Shown here in pieces: positions 33,592 through 47,597 of a stretch of DNA of 50,134 nucleotides (positions are counted from its first letter, which is position 1; each line of letters begins with the position of its first letter). The DNA lies in the NCBI GenBank assembly GCA_964016885.1, contig CAXHJY010000783.1, positions 1 to 50,134 on the forward strand, in the 5' to 3' direction. The position numbers and the translations under genes were made by a program. The DNA is from Eledone cirrhosa. Lineage: Eukaryota. Below the pieces are notes generated by a model that ran no database searches, was not told the DNA's origin, and was given only the letters and a program-made list of their open reading frames with translations.

Positions 33592-35250
33592 CATATATAT
33601 ATACACACAAGAAAAAACACATACGCACAAATATACACACATACATATATATGCATACAAACATATATACATATACATACATATATATCTACACATACAC
33701 GTGCATATACACATATATATATACACACATACATGCATGTATGTCTCTCAGTATAAACTATACTATACTTACATATACATACATATACATACATATGCAC
33801 ACACATACATACATACACATACATACACACACACAAACACAGACATACACACATATACATATATACATATACACACATACATACACATATATATACACAT
33901 ATATACATATATATATATACGTATATATATATATACACACATACACATATACATGCACACATGCATACATACACATACACAAATACGTACACATAAACAC
34001 ATATACACATACACGCACTCGTTCGCACACATACATGTATCTATAATATATTGGGAAAAGGTAGTGGGACAGATTATAAACTGAGCCTGAGAGCGGATTA
34101 AAATAATTATTATCACTACTAAGTTATTAATATTATCATCAAGTAATTAATTACTATTTATTATTTACTATTTACCATTCACTATTCATTACCTATCTTT
34201 TATCTTTTATCTATTCATTACCTAATCATTCACTTATTAATTAATAAATAAATGAGTTAACTAACAAACAAACAAACAAACAGATAAACAAATAAATAAA
34301 TAAATAAATAAAATAACTAAATAAATAAATAAATATACAAATAAATATACAAATAAATAGATAAATAAATAAATCTCGAACGTATGCGTGCAGCAGTTCA
34401 TAACTGCACGTATGCAAACATGAGCAGATATATACGTGAATTTGTGTGTGCGGCCACGGAACCTTACTCAGAGGCATACAACACAATATATATGACCTGG
34501 AGGGGAGCAAAGAAGGTAATAATGAGAGGGATGGAAGTGGGATGGGGGACGGGGGTGGGGTGGTGATATGGGGGGGGGGTCAATCTGGGGGCCGGGTGGG
34601 TTTGTAGTTTTTGTAATTTGCATAGTTCCTGTGCATGCAATTAGGGGAGTGTTCCGAGATCTTGTTGAGGAGAGGGCCTTTGGCGAATAGAATCTCATAG
34701 CTCTCGGAGATACAGAGGTCACAGCAATTATGGCCTCCCGTGTAGGATCGCGCTCTCTGGAGTAGTCTCCATTGGGTCTTGAAGGGGATTGAGTCCTTTT
34801 AAGGTGCCAGATGTGGGCGGCAAGTGTTGTTTGGTTAGATTTGTCTGGGCGCCGGAACGAATGTGTGTGGGCGTACCAGCGAGTCTTAAAACTGTTAGAA
34901 GTCATCCCGATGTACGAGTTTCTTTTTTCATCGGGGCCTGAGAGTACATCGCATATATAGACGAGATTTTTTTTTAGATAGTTGTTGTTGAGGGGGCAGG
35001 TAGTCTTATCAGGGCAATTGCAATTGCCATCAGTTGCTTTATTTATTTATTTATATATTTACTTATTTATTTACTTTTTCTTTTTCTTTTATTTCACAAA
35101 AGCACTGTGGCTAATTGACCACTCCCCAAAGAAAAAAACGGCCTGTGCCATGTTGTGGTCATGTGTATCTAAATACCCCCTCCCCCCCCAGCCACCACCC
35201 CTCCGCTACCACTACCTAAATGTATAAATACCAGAACTTAATATGACACC

Positions 35251-35303
35251 GAGCTTCCTGAAGATTTCATCTGAATGAAACAGTACTAGTCCTGTAGAAG
35301 CTC
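35251..35303 (+). ncRNA. Type I hammerhead ribozyme, PLE family 1, inverted segment
   Basis: GAGCUUC/GAAGCUC stem I, CUGAAGA, GAAA, ACAG/CUGU stem III, GUA at 35294-35296. Confidence 0.8.
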
Positions 35304-35403
35304 CTTCTATACAATAAATATATTTTACTCTGCCATGTATGGAGTACCTTACTTACTGTGGTTATCCCCGACTCAACCCGGGACCTACGTATATATGTAT
35401 ATA

Positions 35404-35448
<45 letters not shown>

Positions 35449-35495
35449 GTATATATATATATGTATATATGTATATATATATGTATATATGTATG

Positions 35496-35600
<105 letters not shown>

Positions 35601-35636
35601 GTATGTATATATATATGTATGTATATATATAGAGTA

Positions 35637-36073
35637 TAAGAGTCAATGGCCATCCAAAATCACCGGGAGAGATGACCCCTTAGCCTTTGTCAAGGCAGAA
35701 TTCTAGGAGAAGGAAAACTCTGATATAACACCTGCAACCCTGATGGTATCCAATGATGTTGACTTGTTCTTCTTTTTGGTAAATATCATCTTGGTTAAGA
35801 GAGTGGGACTGGCTTTGTGCAGTGCCTTTGCTCACTATAAAAGCTTCACAGCACAGGCATTGCTTTATATCTGGAGATCTCTCTGCACTTGTCGTCACAT
35901 GGTACCATGGGCCCAACACTATGTGTCAATAATTGTCACAAGTGTAGTCTTTGTACCAGAGTTTTCAAGTCGCTGGCTGGACTAAAAAGTCACACTCGTT
36001 CAGCGCATCAGTAGGGGTTCTCCTACATGGATATAAAGTAGTGGCCGTACTCGAAAACGAGTTGGCAGCCACC
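35637..36073 (+). mobile_element. Non-autonomous bipartite RTE-derived element, copy 3
   Basis: Near-identical to 11684-12114; set in (TA)n. Confidence 0.85.
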
Positions 36074-36134
36074 ATGTATATATATATGTATATATATATG
36101 TATGTATATATATATGTATATATATATGTATATA

Positions 36135-36267
<133 letters not shown>

Positions 36268-36268
36268 G

Positions 36269-36306
<38 letters not shown>

Positions 36307-36414
36307 TGTATATATATGTATATATATATATATGTATATATATGTATATATATATATATGTATATATATATATGTATATATATATATATGTATATATATA
36401 TATGTATATATATG

Positions 36415-36445
<31 letters not shown>

Positions 36446-36456
36446 GTATATATATG

Positions 36457-36487
<31 letters not shown>

Positions 36488-36525
36488 GTATATATATATG
36501 TATATATATATATGTATATATATAT

Positions 36526-39500
36526 AAACAAATAACGAAACGAAATTAAATTTCGTTTCGTTTGTAACTCACTTTTGTATGACTGACGCTTAAACAATTA
36601 AGTTAAAGATGTACATCCATATATGTATACTGAAAAACTAGTATGTATATGAATACACACACGTATACATATGTAGATGTACCAAGTTTTTTTCACTGGT
36701 CACTTTACTGTGAGTGGCCAGCTATTCTGTATGTAAACACACAGACAAACCGGTTTTTAGAGTCATACTGGTTTTTGAGGAAACACCTTTCCTCTATTCT
36801 CCAGAAAGCCAGACAAGGAATATTGAACTAGTTTCGTTGTTGTTACAACTCATCAGCAATATTTACCTATCTTCCGGCCTCTCTAGAGAATCGTAAAAGC
36901 ACATATCGTTATATGCTTTTTCTATGAAAATTAGTAGTGGGCAGACCAACCTGCATAGAGTGTGAGTAAGTACCGGTTCAACGGAGACGATAAAAACAAA
37001 TAACGAAACGAAATTAAATTTCGTTTCGTTTGTAACTCACTTTTGTATGACTGACGCTTAAACAATTAAGTTAAAGATGTACATCCATATATGTATACTG
37101 AAAAACTAGTATGTATATGAATACACACACGTATACATATGTAGATGTACCAAGTTTTTTTCACTGGTCACTTTACTGTGAGTGGCCAGCTATTCTGTAT
37201 GTAAACACACAGACAAACCGGTTTTTAGAGTCATACTGGTTTTTGAGGAAACACCTTTCCTCTATTCTCCAGAAAGCCAGACAAGGAATATTGAACTAGT
37301 TTCGTTGTTGTTACAACTCATCAGCAATATTTACCTATCTTCCGGCCTCTCTAGAGAATCGTAAAAGCACATATCGTTATATGCTTTTTCTATGAAAATT
37401 AGTAGTGGGCAGACCAACCTGCATAGAGTGTGAGTAAGTACCGGTTCAACGGAGACGATAAAAACAAATAACGAAACGAAATTAAATTTCGTTTCGTTTG
37501 TAACTCACTTTTGTATGACTGACGCTTAAACAATTAAGTTAAAGATGTACATCCATATATGTATACTGAAAAACTAGTATGTATATGAATACACACACGT
37601 ATACATATGTAGATGTACCAAGTTTTTTTCACTGGTCACTTTACTGTGAGTGGCCAGCTATTCTGTATGTAAACACACAGACAAACCGGTTTTTAGAGTC
37701 ATACTGGTTTTTGAGGAAACACCTTTCCTCTATTCTCCAGAAAGCCAGACAAGGAATATTGAACTAGTTTCGTTGTTGTTACAACTCATCAGCAATATTT
37801 ACCTATCTTCCGGCCTCTCTAGAGAATCGTAAAAGCACATATCGTTATATGCTTTTTCTATGAAAATTAGTAGTGGGCAGACCAACCTGCATAGAGTGTG
37901 AGTAAGTACCGGTTCAACGGAGACGATAAAAACAAATAACGAAACGAAATTAAATTTCGTTTCGTTTGTAACTCACTTTTGTATGACTGACGCTTAAACA
38001 ATTAAGTTAAAGATGTACATCCATATATGTATACTGAAAAACTAGTATGTATATGAATACACACACGTATACATATGTAGATGTACCAAGTTTTTTTCAC
38101 TGGTCACTTTACTGTGAGTGGCCAGCTATTCTGTATGTAAACACACAGACAAACCGGTTTTTAGAGTCATACTGGTTTTTGAGGAAACACCTTTCCTCTA
38201 TTCTCCAGAAAGCCAGACAAGGAATATTGAACTAGTTTCGTTGTTGTTACAACTCATCAGCAATATTTACCTATCTTCCGGCCTCTCTAGAGAATCGTAA
38301 AAGCACATATCGTTATATGCTTTTTCTATGAAAATTAGTAGTGGGCAGACCAACCTGCATAGAGTGTGAGTAAGTACCGGTTCAACGGAGACGATAAAAA
38401 CAAATAACGAAACGAAATTAAATTTCGTTTCGTTTGTAACTCACTTTTGTATGACTGACGCTTAAACAATTAAGTTAAAGATGTACATCCATATATGTAT
38501 ACTGAAAAACTAGTATGTATATGAATACACACACGTATACATATGTAGATGTACCAAGTTTTTTTCACTGGTCACTTTACTGTGAGTGGCCAGCTATTCT
38601 GTATGTAAACACACAGACAAACCGGTTTTTAGAGTCATACTGGTTTTTGAGGAAACACCTTTCCTCTATTCTCCAGAAAGCCAGACAAGGAATATTGAAC
38701 TAGTTTCGTTGTTGTTACAACTCATCAGCAATATTTACCTATCTTCCGGCCTCTCTAGAGAATCGTAAAAGCACATATCGTTATATGCTTTTTCTATGAA
38801 AATTAGTAGTGGGCAGACCAACCTGCATAGAGTGTGAGTAAGTACCGGTTCAACGGAGACGATAAAAACAAATAACGAAACGAAATTAAATTTCGTTTCG
38901 TTTGTAACTCACTTTTGTATGACTGACGCTTAAACAATTAAGTTAAAGATGTACATCCATATATGTATACTGAAAAACTAGTATGTATATGAATACACAC
39001 ACGTATACATATGTAGATGTACCAAGTTTTTTTCACTGGTCACTTTACTGTGAGTGGCCAGCTATTCTGTATGTAAACACACAGACAAACCGGTTTTTAG
39101 AGTCATACTGGTTTTTGAGGAAACACCTTTCCTCTATTCTCCAGAAAGCCAGACAAGGAATATTGAACTAGTTTCGTTGTTGTTACAACTCATCAGCAAT
39201 ATTTACCTATCTTCCGGCCTCTCTAGAGAATCGTAAAAGCACATATCGTTATATGCTTTTTCTATGAAAATTAGTAGTGGGCAGACCAACCTGCATAGAG
39301 TGTGAGTAAGTACCGGTTCAACGGAGACGATAAAAACAAATAACGAAACGAAATTAAATTTCGTTTCGTTTGTAACTCACTTTTGTATGACTGACGCTTA
39401 AACAATTAAGTTAAAGATGTACATCCATATATGTATACTGAAAAACTAGTATGTATATGAATACACACACGTATACATATGTAGATGTACCAAGTTTTTT

Positions 39501-42500
39501 TCACTGGTCACTTTACTGTGAGTGGCCAGCTATTCTGTATGTAAACACACAGACAAACCGGTTTTTAGAGTCATACTGGTTTTTGAGGAAACACCTTTCC
39601 TCTATTCTCCAGAAAGCCAGACAAGGAATATTGAACTAGTTTCGTTGTTGTTACAACTCATCAGCAATATTTACCTATCTTCCGGCCTCTCTAGAGAATC
39701 GTAAAAGCACATATCGTTATATGCTTTTTCTATGAAAATTAGTAGTGGGCAGACCAACCTGCATAGAGTGTGAGTAAGTACCGGTTCAACGGAGACGATA
39801 AAAACAAATAACGAAACGAAATTAAATTTCGTTTCGTTTGTAACTCACTTTTGTATGACTGACGCTTAAACAATTAAGTTAAAGATGTACATCCATATAT
39901 GTATACTGAAAAACTAGTATGTATATGAATACACACACGTATACATATGTAGATGTACCAAGTTTTTTTTCACTGGTCACTTTACTGTGAGTGGCCAGCT
40001 ATTCTGTATGTAAACACACAGACAAACCGGTTTTTAGAGTCATACTGGTTTTTGAGGAAACACCTTTCCTCTATTCTCCAGAAAGCCAGACAAGGAATAT
40101 TGAACTAGTTTCGTTGTTGTTACAACTCATCAGCAATATTTACCTATCTTCCGGCCTCTCTAGAGAATCGTAAAAGCACATATCGTTATATGCTTTTTCT
40201 ATGAAAATTAGTAGTGGGCAGACCAACCTGCATAGAGTGTGAGTAAGTACCGGTTCAACGGAGACGATAAAAACAAATAACGAAACGAAATTAAATTTCG
40301 TTTCGTTTGTAACTCACTTTTGTATGACTGACGCTTAAACAATTAAGTTAAAGATGTACATCCATATATGTATACTGAAAAACTAGTATGTATATGAATA
40401 CACACACGTATACATATGTAGATGTACCAAGTTTTTTTCACTGGTCACTTTACTGTGAGTGGCCAGCTATTCTGTATGTAAACACACAGACAAACCGGTT
40501 TTTAGAGTCATACTGGTTTTTGAGGAAACACCTTTCCTCTATTCTCCAGAAAGCCAGACAAGGAATATTGAACTAGTTTCGTTGTTGTTACAACTCATCA
40601 GCAATATTTACCTATCTTCCGGCCTCTCTAGAGAATCGTAAAAGCACATATCGTTATATGCTTTTTCTATGAAAATTAGTAGTGGGCAGACCAACCTGCA
40701 TAGAGTGTGAGTAAGTACCGGTTCAACGGAGACGATAAAAACAAATAACGAAACGAAATTAAATTTCGTTTCGTTTGTAACTCACTTTTGTATGACTGAC
40801 GCTTAAACAATTAAGTTAAAGATGTACATCCATATATGTATACTGAAAAACTAGTATGTATATGAATACACACACGTATACATATGTAGATGTACCAAGT
40901 TTTTTTCACTGGTCACTTTACTGTGAGTGGCCAGCTATTCTGTATGTAAACACACAGACAAACCGGTTTTTAGAGTCATACTGGTTTTTGAGGAAACACC
41001 TTTCCTCTATTCTCCAGAAAGCCAGACAAGGAATATTGAACTAGTTTCGTTGTTGTTACAACTCATCAGCAATATTTACCTATCTTCCGGCCTCTCTAGA
41101 GAATCGTAAAAGCACATATCGTTATATGCTTTTTCTATGAAAATTAGTAGTGGGCAGACCAACCTGCATAGAGTGTGAGTAAGTACCGGTTCAACGGAGA
41201 CGATAAAAACAAATAACGAAACGAAATTAAATTTCGTTTCGTTTGTAACTCACTTTTGTATGACTGACGCTTAAACAATTAAGTTAAAGATGTACATCCA
41301 TATATGTATACTGAAAAACTAGTATGTATATGAATACACACACGTATACATATGTAGATGTACCAAGTTTTTTTCACTGGTCACTTTACTGTGAGTGGCC
41401 AGCTATTCTGTATGTAAACACACAGACAAACCGGTTTTTAGAGTCATACTGGTTTTTGAGGAAACACCTTTCCTCTATTCTCCAGAAAGCCAGACAAGGA
41501 ATATTGAACTAGTTTCGTTGTTGTTACAACTCATCAGCAATATTTACCTATCTTCCGGCCTCTCTAGAGAATCGTAAAAGCACATATCGTTATATGCTTT
41601 TTCTATGAAAATTAGTAGTGGGCAGACCAACCTGCATAGAGTGTGAGTAAGTACCGGTTCAACGGAGACGATAAAAACAAATAACGAAACGAAATTAAAT
41701 TTCGTTTCGTTTGTAACTCACTTTTGTATGACTGACGCTTAAACAATTAAGTTAAAGATGTACATCCATATATGTATACTGAAAAACTAGTATGTATATG
41801 AATACACACACGTATACATATGTAGATGTACCAAGTTTTTTTCACTGGTCACTTTACTGTGAGTGGCCAGCTATTCTGTATGTAAACACACAGACAAACC
41901 GGTTTTTAGAGTCATACTGGTTTTTGAGGAAACACCTTTCCTCTATTCTCCAGAAAGCCAGACAAGGAATATTGAACTAGTTTCGTTGTTGTTACAACTC
42001 ATCAGCAATATTTACCTATCTTCCGGCCTCTCTAGAGAATCGTAAAAGCACATATCGTTATATGCTTTTTCTATGAAAATTAGTAGTGGGCAGACCAACC
42101 TGCATAGAGTGTGAGTAAGTACCGGTTCAACGGAGACGATAAAAACAAATAACGAAACGAAATTAAATTTCGTTTCGTTTGTAACTCACTTTTGTATGAC
42201 TGACGCTTAAACAATTAAGTTAAAGATGTACATCCATATATGTATACTGAAAAACTAGTATGTATATGAATACACACACGTATACATATGTAGATGTACC
42301 AAGTTTTTTTTCACTGGTCACTTTACTGTGAGTGGCCAGCTATTCTGTATGTAAACACACAGACAAACCGGTTTTTAGAGTCATACTGGTTTTTGAGGAA
42401 ACACCTTTCCTCTATTCTCCAGAAAGCCAGACAAGGAATATTGAACTAGTTTCGTTGTTGTTACAACTCATCAGCAATATTTACCTATCTTCCGGCCTCT

Positions 42501-43973
42501 CTAGAGAATCGTAAAAGCACATATCGTTATATGCTTTTTCTATGAAAATTAGTAGTGGGCAGACCAACCTGCATAGAGTGTGAGTAAGTACCGGTTCAAC
42601 GGAGACGATAAAAACAAATAACGAAACGAAATTAAATTTCGTTTCGTTTGTAACTCACTTTTGTATGACTGACGCTTAAACAATTAAGTTAAAGATGTAC
42701 ATCCATATATGTATACTGAAAAACTAGTATGTATATGAATACACACACGTATACATATGTAGATGTACCAAGTTTTTTTCACTGGTCACTTTACTGTGAG
42801 TGGCCAGCTATTCTGTATGTAAACACACAGACAAACCGGTTTTTAGAGTCATACTGGTTTTTGAGGAAACACCTTTCCTCTATTCTCCAGAAAGCCAGAC
42901 AAGGAATATTGAACTAGTTTCGTTGTTGTTACAACTCATCAGCAATATTTACCTATCTTCCGGCCTCTCTAGAGAATCGTAAAAGCACATATCGTTATAT
43001 GCTTTTTCTATGAAAATTAGTAGTGGGCAGACCAACCTGCATAGAGTGTGAGTAAGTACCGGTTCAACGGAGACGATAAAAACAAATAACGAAACGAAAT
43101 TAAATTTCGTTTCGTTTGTAACTCACTTTTGTATGACTGACGCTTAAACAATTAAGTTAAAGATGTACATCCATATATGTATACTGAAAAACTAGTATGT
43201 ATATGAATACACACACGTATACATATGTAGATGTACCAAGTTTTTTTCACTGGTCACTTTACTGTGAGTGGCCAGCTATTCTGTATGTAAACACACAGAC
43301 AAACCGGTTTTTAGAGTCATACTGGTTTTTGAGGAAACACCTTTCCTCTATTCTCCAGAAAGCCAGACAAGGAATATTGAACTAGTTTCGTTGTTGTTAC
43401 AACTCATCAGCAATATTTACCTATCTTCCGGCCTCTCTAGAGAATCGTAAAAGCACATATCGTTATATGCTTTTTCTATGAAAATTAGTAGTGGGCAGAC
43501 CAACCTGCATAGAGTGTGAGTAAGTACCGGTTCAACGGAGACGATAAAAACAAATAACGAAACGAAATTAAATTTCGTTTCGTTTGTAACTCACTTTTGT
43601 ATGACTGACGCTTAAACAATTAAGTTAAAGATGTACATCCATATATGTATACTGAAAAACTAGTATGTATATGAATACACACACGTATACATATGTAGAT
43701 GTACCAAGTTTTTTTCACTGGTCACTTTACTGTGAGTGGCCAGCTATTCTGTATGTAAACACACAGACAAACCGGTTTTTAGAGTCATACTGGTTTTTGA
43801 GGAAACACCTTTCCTCTATTCTCCAGAAAGCCAGACAAGGAATATTGAACTAGTTTCGTTGTTGTTACAACTCATCAGCAATATTTACCTATCTTCCGGC
43901 CTCTCTAGAGAATCGTAAAAGCACATATCGTTATATGCTTTTTCTATGAAAATTAGTAGTGGGCAGACCAACC
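36526..43973 (-). repeat. Left arm: ~15.9 tandem 468-bp hammerhead-bearing units (retrozyme-like)
   Basis: 468-bp period (two 469-bp units with T8 instead of T7); 16 hammerheads on the minus strand. Confidence 0.95.
36819..36863 (-). ncRNA. Minimal type I hammerhead, first of 16 in the left arm
   Basis: Reverse complement reads AAUAUUG CUGAUGA GUUG UAACAA CAAC GAAA CUAG U U CAAUAUU. Confidence 0.9.
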
Positions 43974-46900
43974 TTCATAGAAAAAGCATATAACGATATG
44001 TGCTTTTACGATTCTCTAGAGAGGCCGGAAGATAGGTAAATATTGCTGATGAGTTGTAACAACAACGAAACTAGTTCAATATTCCTTGTCTGGCTTTCTG
44101 GAGAATAGAGGAAAGGTGTTTCCTCAAAAACCAGTATGACTCTAAAAACCGGTTTGTCTGTGTGTTTACATACAGAATAGCTGGCCACTCACAGTAAAGT
44201 GACCAGTGAAAAAAACTTGGTACATCTACATATGTATACGTGTGTGTATTCATATACATACTAGTTTTTCAGTATACATATATGGATGTACATCTTTAAC
44301 TTAATTGTTTAAGCGTCAGTCATACAAAAGTGAGTTACAAACGAAACGAAATTTAATTTCGTTTCGTTATTTGTTTTTATCGTCTCCGTTGAACCGGTAC
44401 TTACTCACACTCTATGCAGGTTGGTCTGCCCACTACTAATTTTCATAGAAAAAGCATATAACGATATGTGCTTTTACGATTCTCTAGAGAGGCCGGAAGA
44501 TAGGTAAATATTGCTGATGAGTTGTAACAACAACGAAACTAGTTCAATATTCCTTGTCTGGCTTTCTGGAGAATAGAGGAAAGGTGTTTCCTCAAAAACC
44601 AGTATGACTCTAAAAACCGGTTTGTCTGTGTGTTTACATACAGAATAGCTGGCCACTCACAGTAAAGTGACCAGTGAAAAAAACTTGGTACATCTACATA
44701 TGTATACGTGTGTGTATTCATATACATACTAGTTTTTCAGTATACATATATGGATGTACATCTTTAACTTAATTGTTTAAGCGTCAGTCATACAAAAGTG
44801 AGTTACAAACGAAACGAAATTTAATTTCGTTTCGTTATTTGTTTTTATCGTCTCCGTTGAACCGGTACTTACTCACACTCTATGCAGGTTGGTCTGCCCA
44901 CTACTAATTTTCATAGAAAAAGCATATAACGATATGTGCTTTTACGATTCTCTAGAGAGGCCGGAAGATAGGTAAATATTGCTGATGAGTTGTAACAACA
45001 ACGAAACTAGTTCAATATTCCTTGTCTGGCTTTCTGGAGAATAGAGGAAAGGTGTTTCCTCAAAAACCAGTATGACTCTAAAAACCGGTTTGTCTGTATG
45101 TTTACATACAGAATAGCTGGCCACTCACAGTAAAGTGACCAGTGAAAAAAACTTGGTACATCTACATATGTATACGTGTGTGTATTCATATACATACTAG
45201 TTTTTCAGTATACATATATGGATGTACATCTTTAACTTAATTGTTTAAGCGTCAGTCATACAAAAGTGAGTTACAAACGAAACGAAATTTAATTTCGTTT
45301 CGTTATTTGTTTTTATCGTCTCCGTTGAACCGGTACTTACTCACACTCTATGCAGGTTGGTCTGCCCACTACTAATTTTCATAGAAAAAGCATATAACGA
45401 TATGTGCTTTTACGATTCTCTAGAGAGGCCGGAAGATAGGTAAATATTGCTGATGAGTTGTAACAACAACGAAACTAGTTCAATATTCCTTGTCTGGCTT
45501 TCTGGAGAATAGAGGAAAGGTGTTTCCTCAAAAACCAGTATGACTCTAAAAACCGGTTTGTCTGTGTGTTTACATACAGAATAGCTGGCCACTCACAGTA
45601 AAGTGACCAGTGAAAAAAACTTGGTACATCTACATATGTATACGTGTGTGTATTCATATACATACTAGTTTTTCAGTATACATATATGGATGTACATCTT
45701 TAACTTAATTGTTTAAGCGTCAGTCATACAAAAGTGAGTTACAAACGAAACGAAATTTAATTTCGTTTCGTTATTTGTTTTTATCGTCTCCGTTGAACCG
45801 GTACTTACTCACACTCTATGCAGGTTGGTCTGCCCACTACTAATTTTCATAGAAAAAGCATATAACGATATGTGCTTTTACGATTCTCTAGAGAGGCCGG
45901 AAGATAGGTAAATATTGCTGATGAGTTGTAACAACAACGAAACTAGTTCAATATTCCTTGTCTGGCTTTCTGGAGAATAGAGGAAAGGTGTTTCCTCAAA
46001 AACCAGTATGACTCTAAAAACCGGTTTGTCTGTGTGTTTACATACAGAATAGCTGGCCACTCACAGTAAAGTGACCAGTGAAAAAAACTTGGTACATCTA
46101 CATATGTATACGTGTGTGTATTCATATACATACTAGTTTTTCAGTATACATATATGGATGTACATCTTTAACTTAATTGTTTAAGCGTCAGTCATACAAA
46201 AGTGAGTTACAAACGAAACGAAATTTAATTTCGTTTCGTTATTTGTTTTTATCGTCTCCGTTGAACCGGTACTTACTCACACTCTATGCAGGTTGGTCTG
46301 CCCACTACTAATTTTCATAGAAAAAGCATATAACGATATGTGCTTTTACGATTCTCTAGAGAGGCCGGAAGATAGGTAAATATTGCTGATGAGTTGTAAC
46401 AACAACGAAACTAGTTCAATATTCCTTGTCTGGCTTTCTGGAGAATAGAGGAAAGGTGTTTCCTCAAAAACCAGTATGACTCTAAAAACCGGTTTGTCTG
46501 TGTGTTTACATACAGAATAGCTGGCCACTCACAGTAAAGTGACCAGTGAAAAAAAAAAAAAAAAAAGCTTGGTACATCTACATATGTATACGTGTGTGTA
46601 TTCATATACATACTAGTTTTTCAGTATACATATATGGATGTACATCTTTAACTTAATTGTTTAAGCGTCAGTCATACAAAAGTGAGTTACAAACGAAACG
46701 AAATTTAATTTCGTTTCGTTATTTGTTTTTATCGTCTCCGTTGAACCGGTACTTACTCACACTCTATGCAGGTTGGTCTGCCCACTACTAATTTTCATAG
46801 AAAAAGCATATAACGATATGTGCTTTTACGATTCTCTAGAGAGGCCGGAAGATAGGTAAATATTGCTGATGAGTTGTAACAACAACGAAACTAGTTCAAT

Positions 46901-47597
46901 ATTCCTTGTCTGGCTTTCTGGAGAATAGAGGAAAGGTGTTTCCTCAAAAACCAGTATGACTCTAAAAACCGGTTTGTCTGTGTGTTTACATACAGAATAG
47001 CTGGCCACTCACAGTAAAGTGACCAGTGAAAAAAACTTGGTACATCTACATATGTATACGTGTGTGTATTCATATACATACTAGTTTTTCAGTATACATA
47101 TATGGATGTACATCTTTAACTTAATTGTTTAAGCGTCAGTCATACAAAAGTGAGTTACAAACGAAACGAAATTTAATTTCGTTTCGTTATTTGTTTTTAT
47201 CGTCTCCGTTGAACCGGTACTTACTCACACTCTATGCAGGTTGGTCTGCCCACTACTAATTTTCATAGAAAAAGCATATAACGATATGTGCTTTTACGAT
47301 TCTCTAGAGAGGCCGGAAGATAGGTAAATATTGCTGATGAGTTGTAACAACAACGAAACTAGTTCAATATTCCTTGTCTGGCTTTCTGGAGAATAGAGGA
47401 AAGGTGTTTCCTCAAAAACCAGTATGACTCTAAAAACCGGTTTGTCTGTGTGTTTACATACAGAATAGCTGGCCACTCACAGTAAAGTGACCAGTGAAAA
47501 AAACTTGGTACATCTACATATGTATACGTGTGTGTATTCATATACATACTAGTTTTTCAGTATACATATATGGATGTACATCTTTAACTTAATTGTT

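Larger units (their letters stand above)
29211..35392 (-). mobile_element. Penelope-like element family 1 (C-terminal GIY-YIG, probably Hydra-like clade): full unit, ~2-kb pseudo-LTR and inverted 5' piece
   Basis: 29211-31227 is repeated at ~33005-35038; 35039-35392 is an inverted copy of ~32936-33290; three hammerheads; both ends in (TA)n. Confidence 0.92.

Noticed and set aside
39960-46570. Homopolymer variants as a higher-order repeat pattern
   Set aside because: Only three length variants and one substitution (~45098) seen; could be sequencing error
36643-47547. Repeated 60-aa and 62-aa ORFs in the 468-bp unit
   Set aside because: Short, no recognisable domain, antisense to the ribozyme, and the 62-aa frame is broken in units with homopolymer variants
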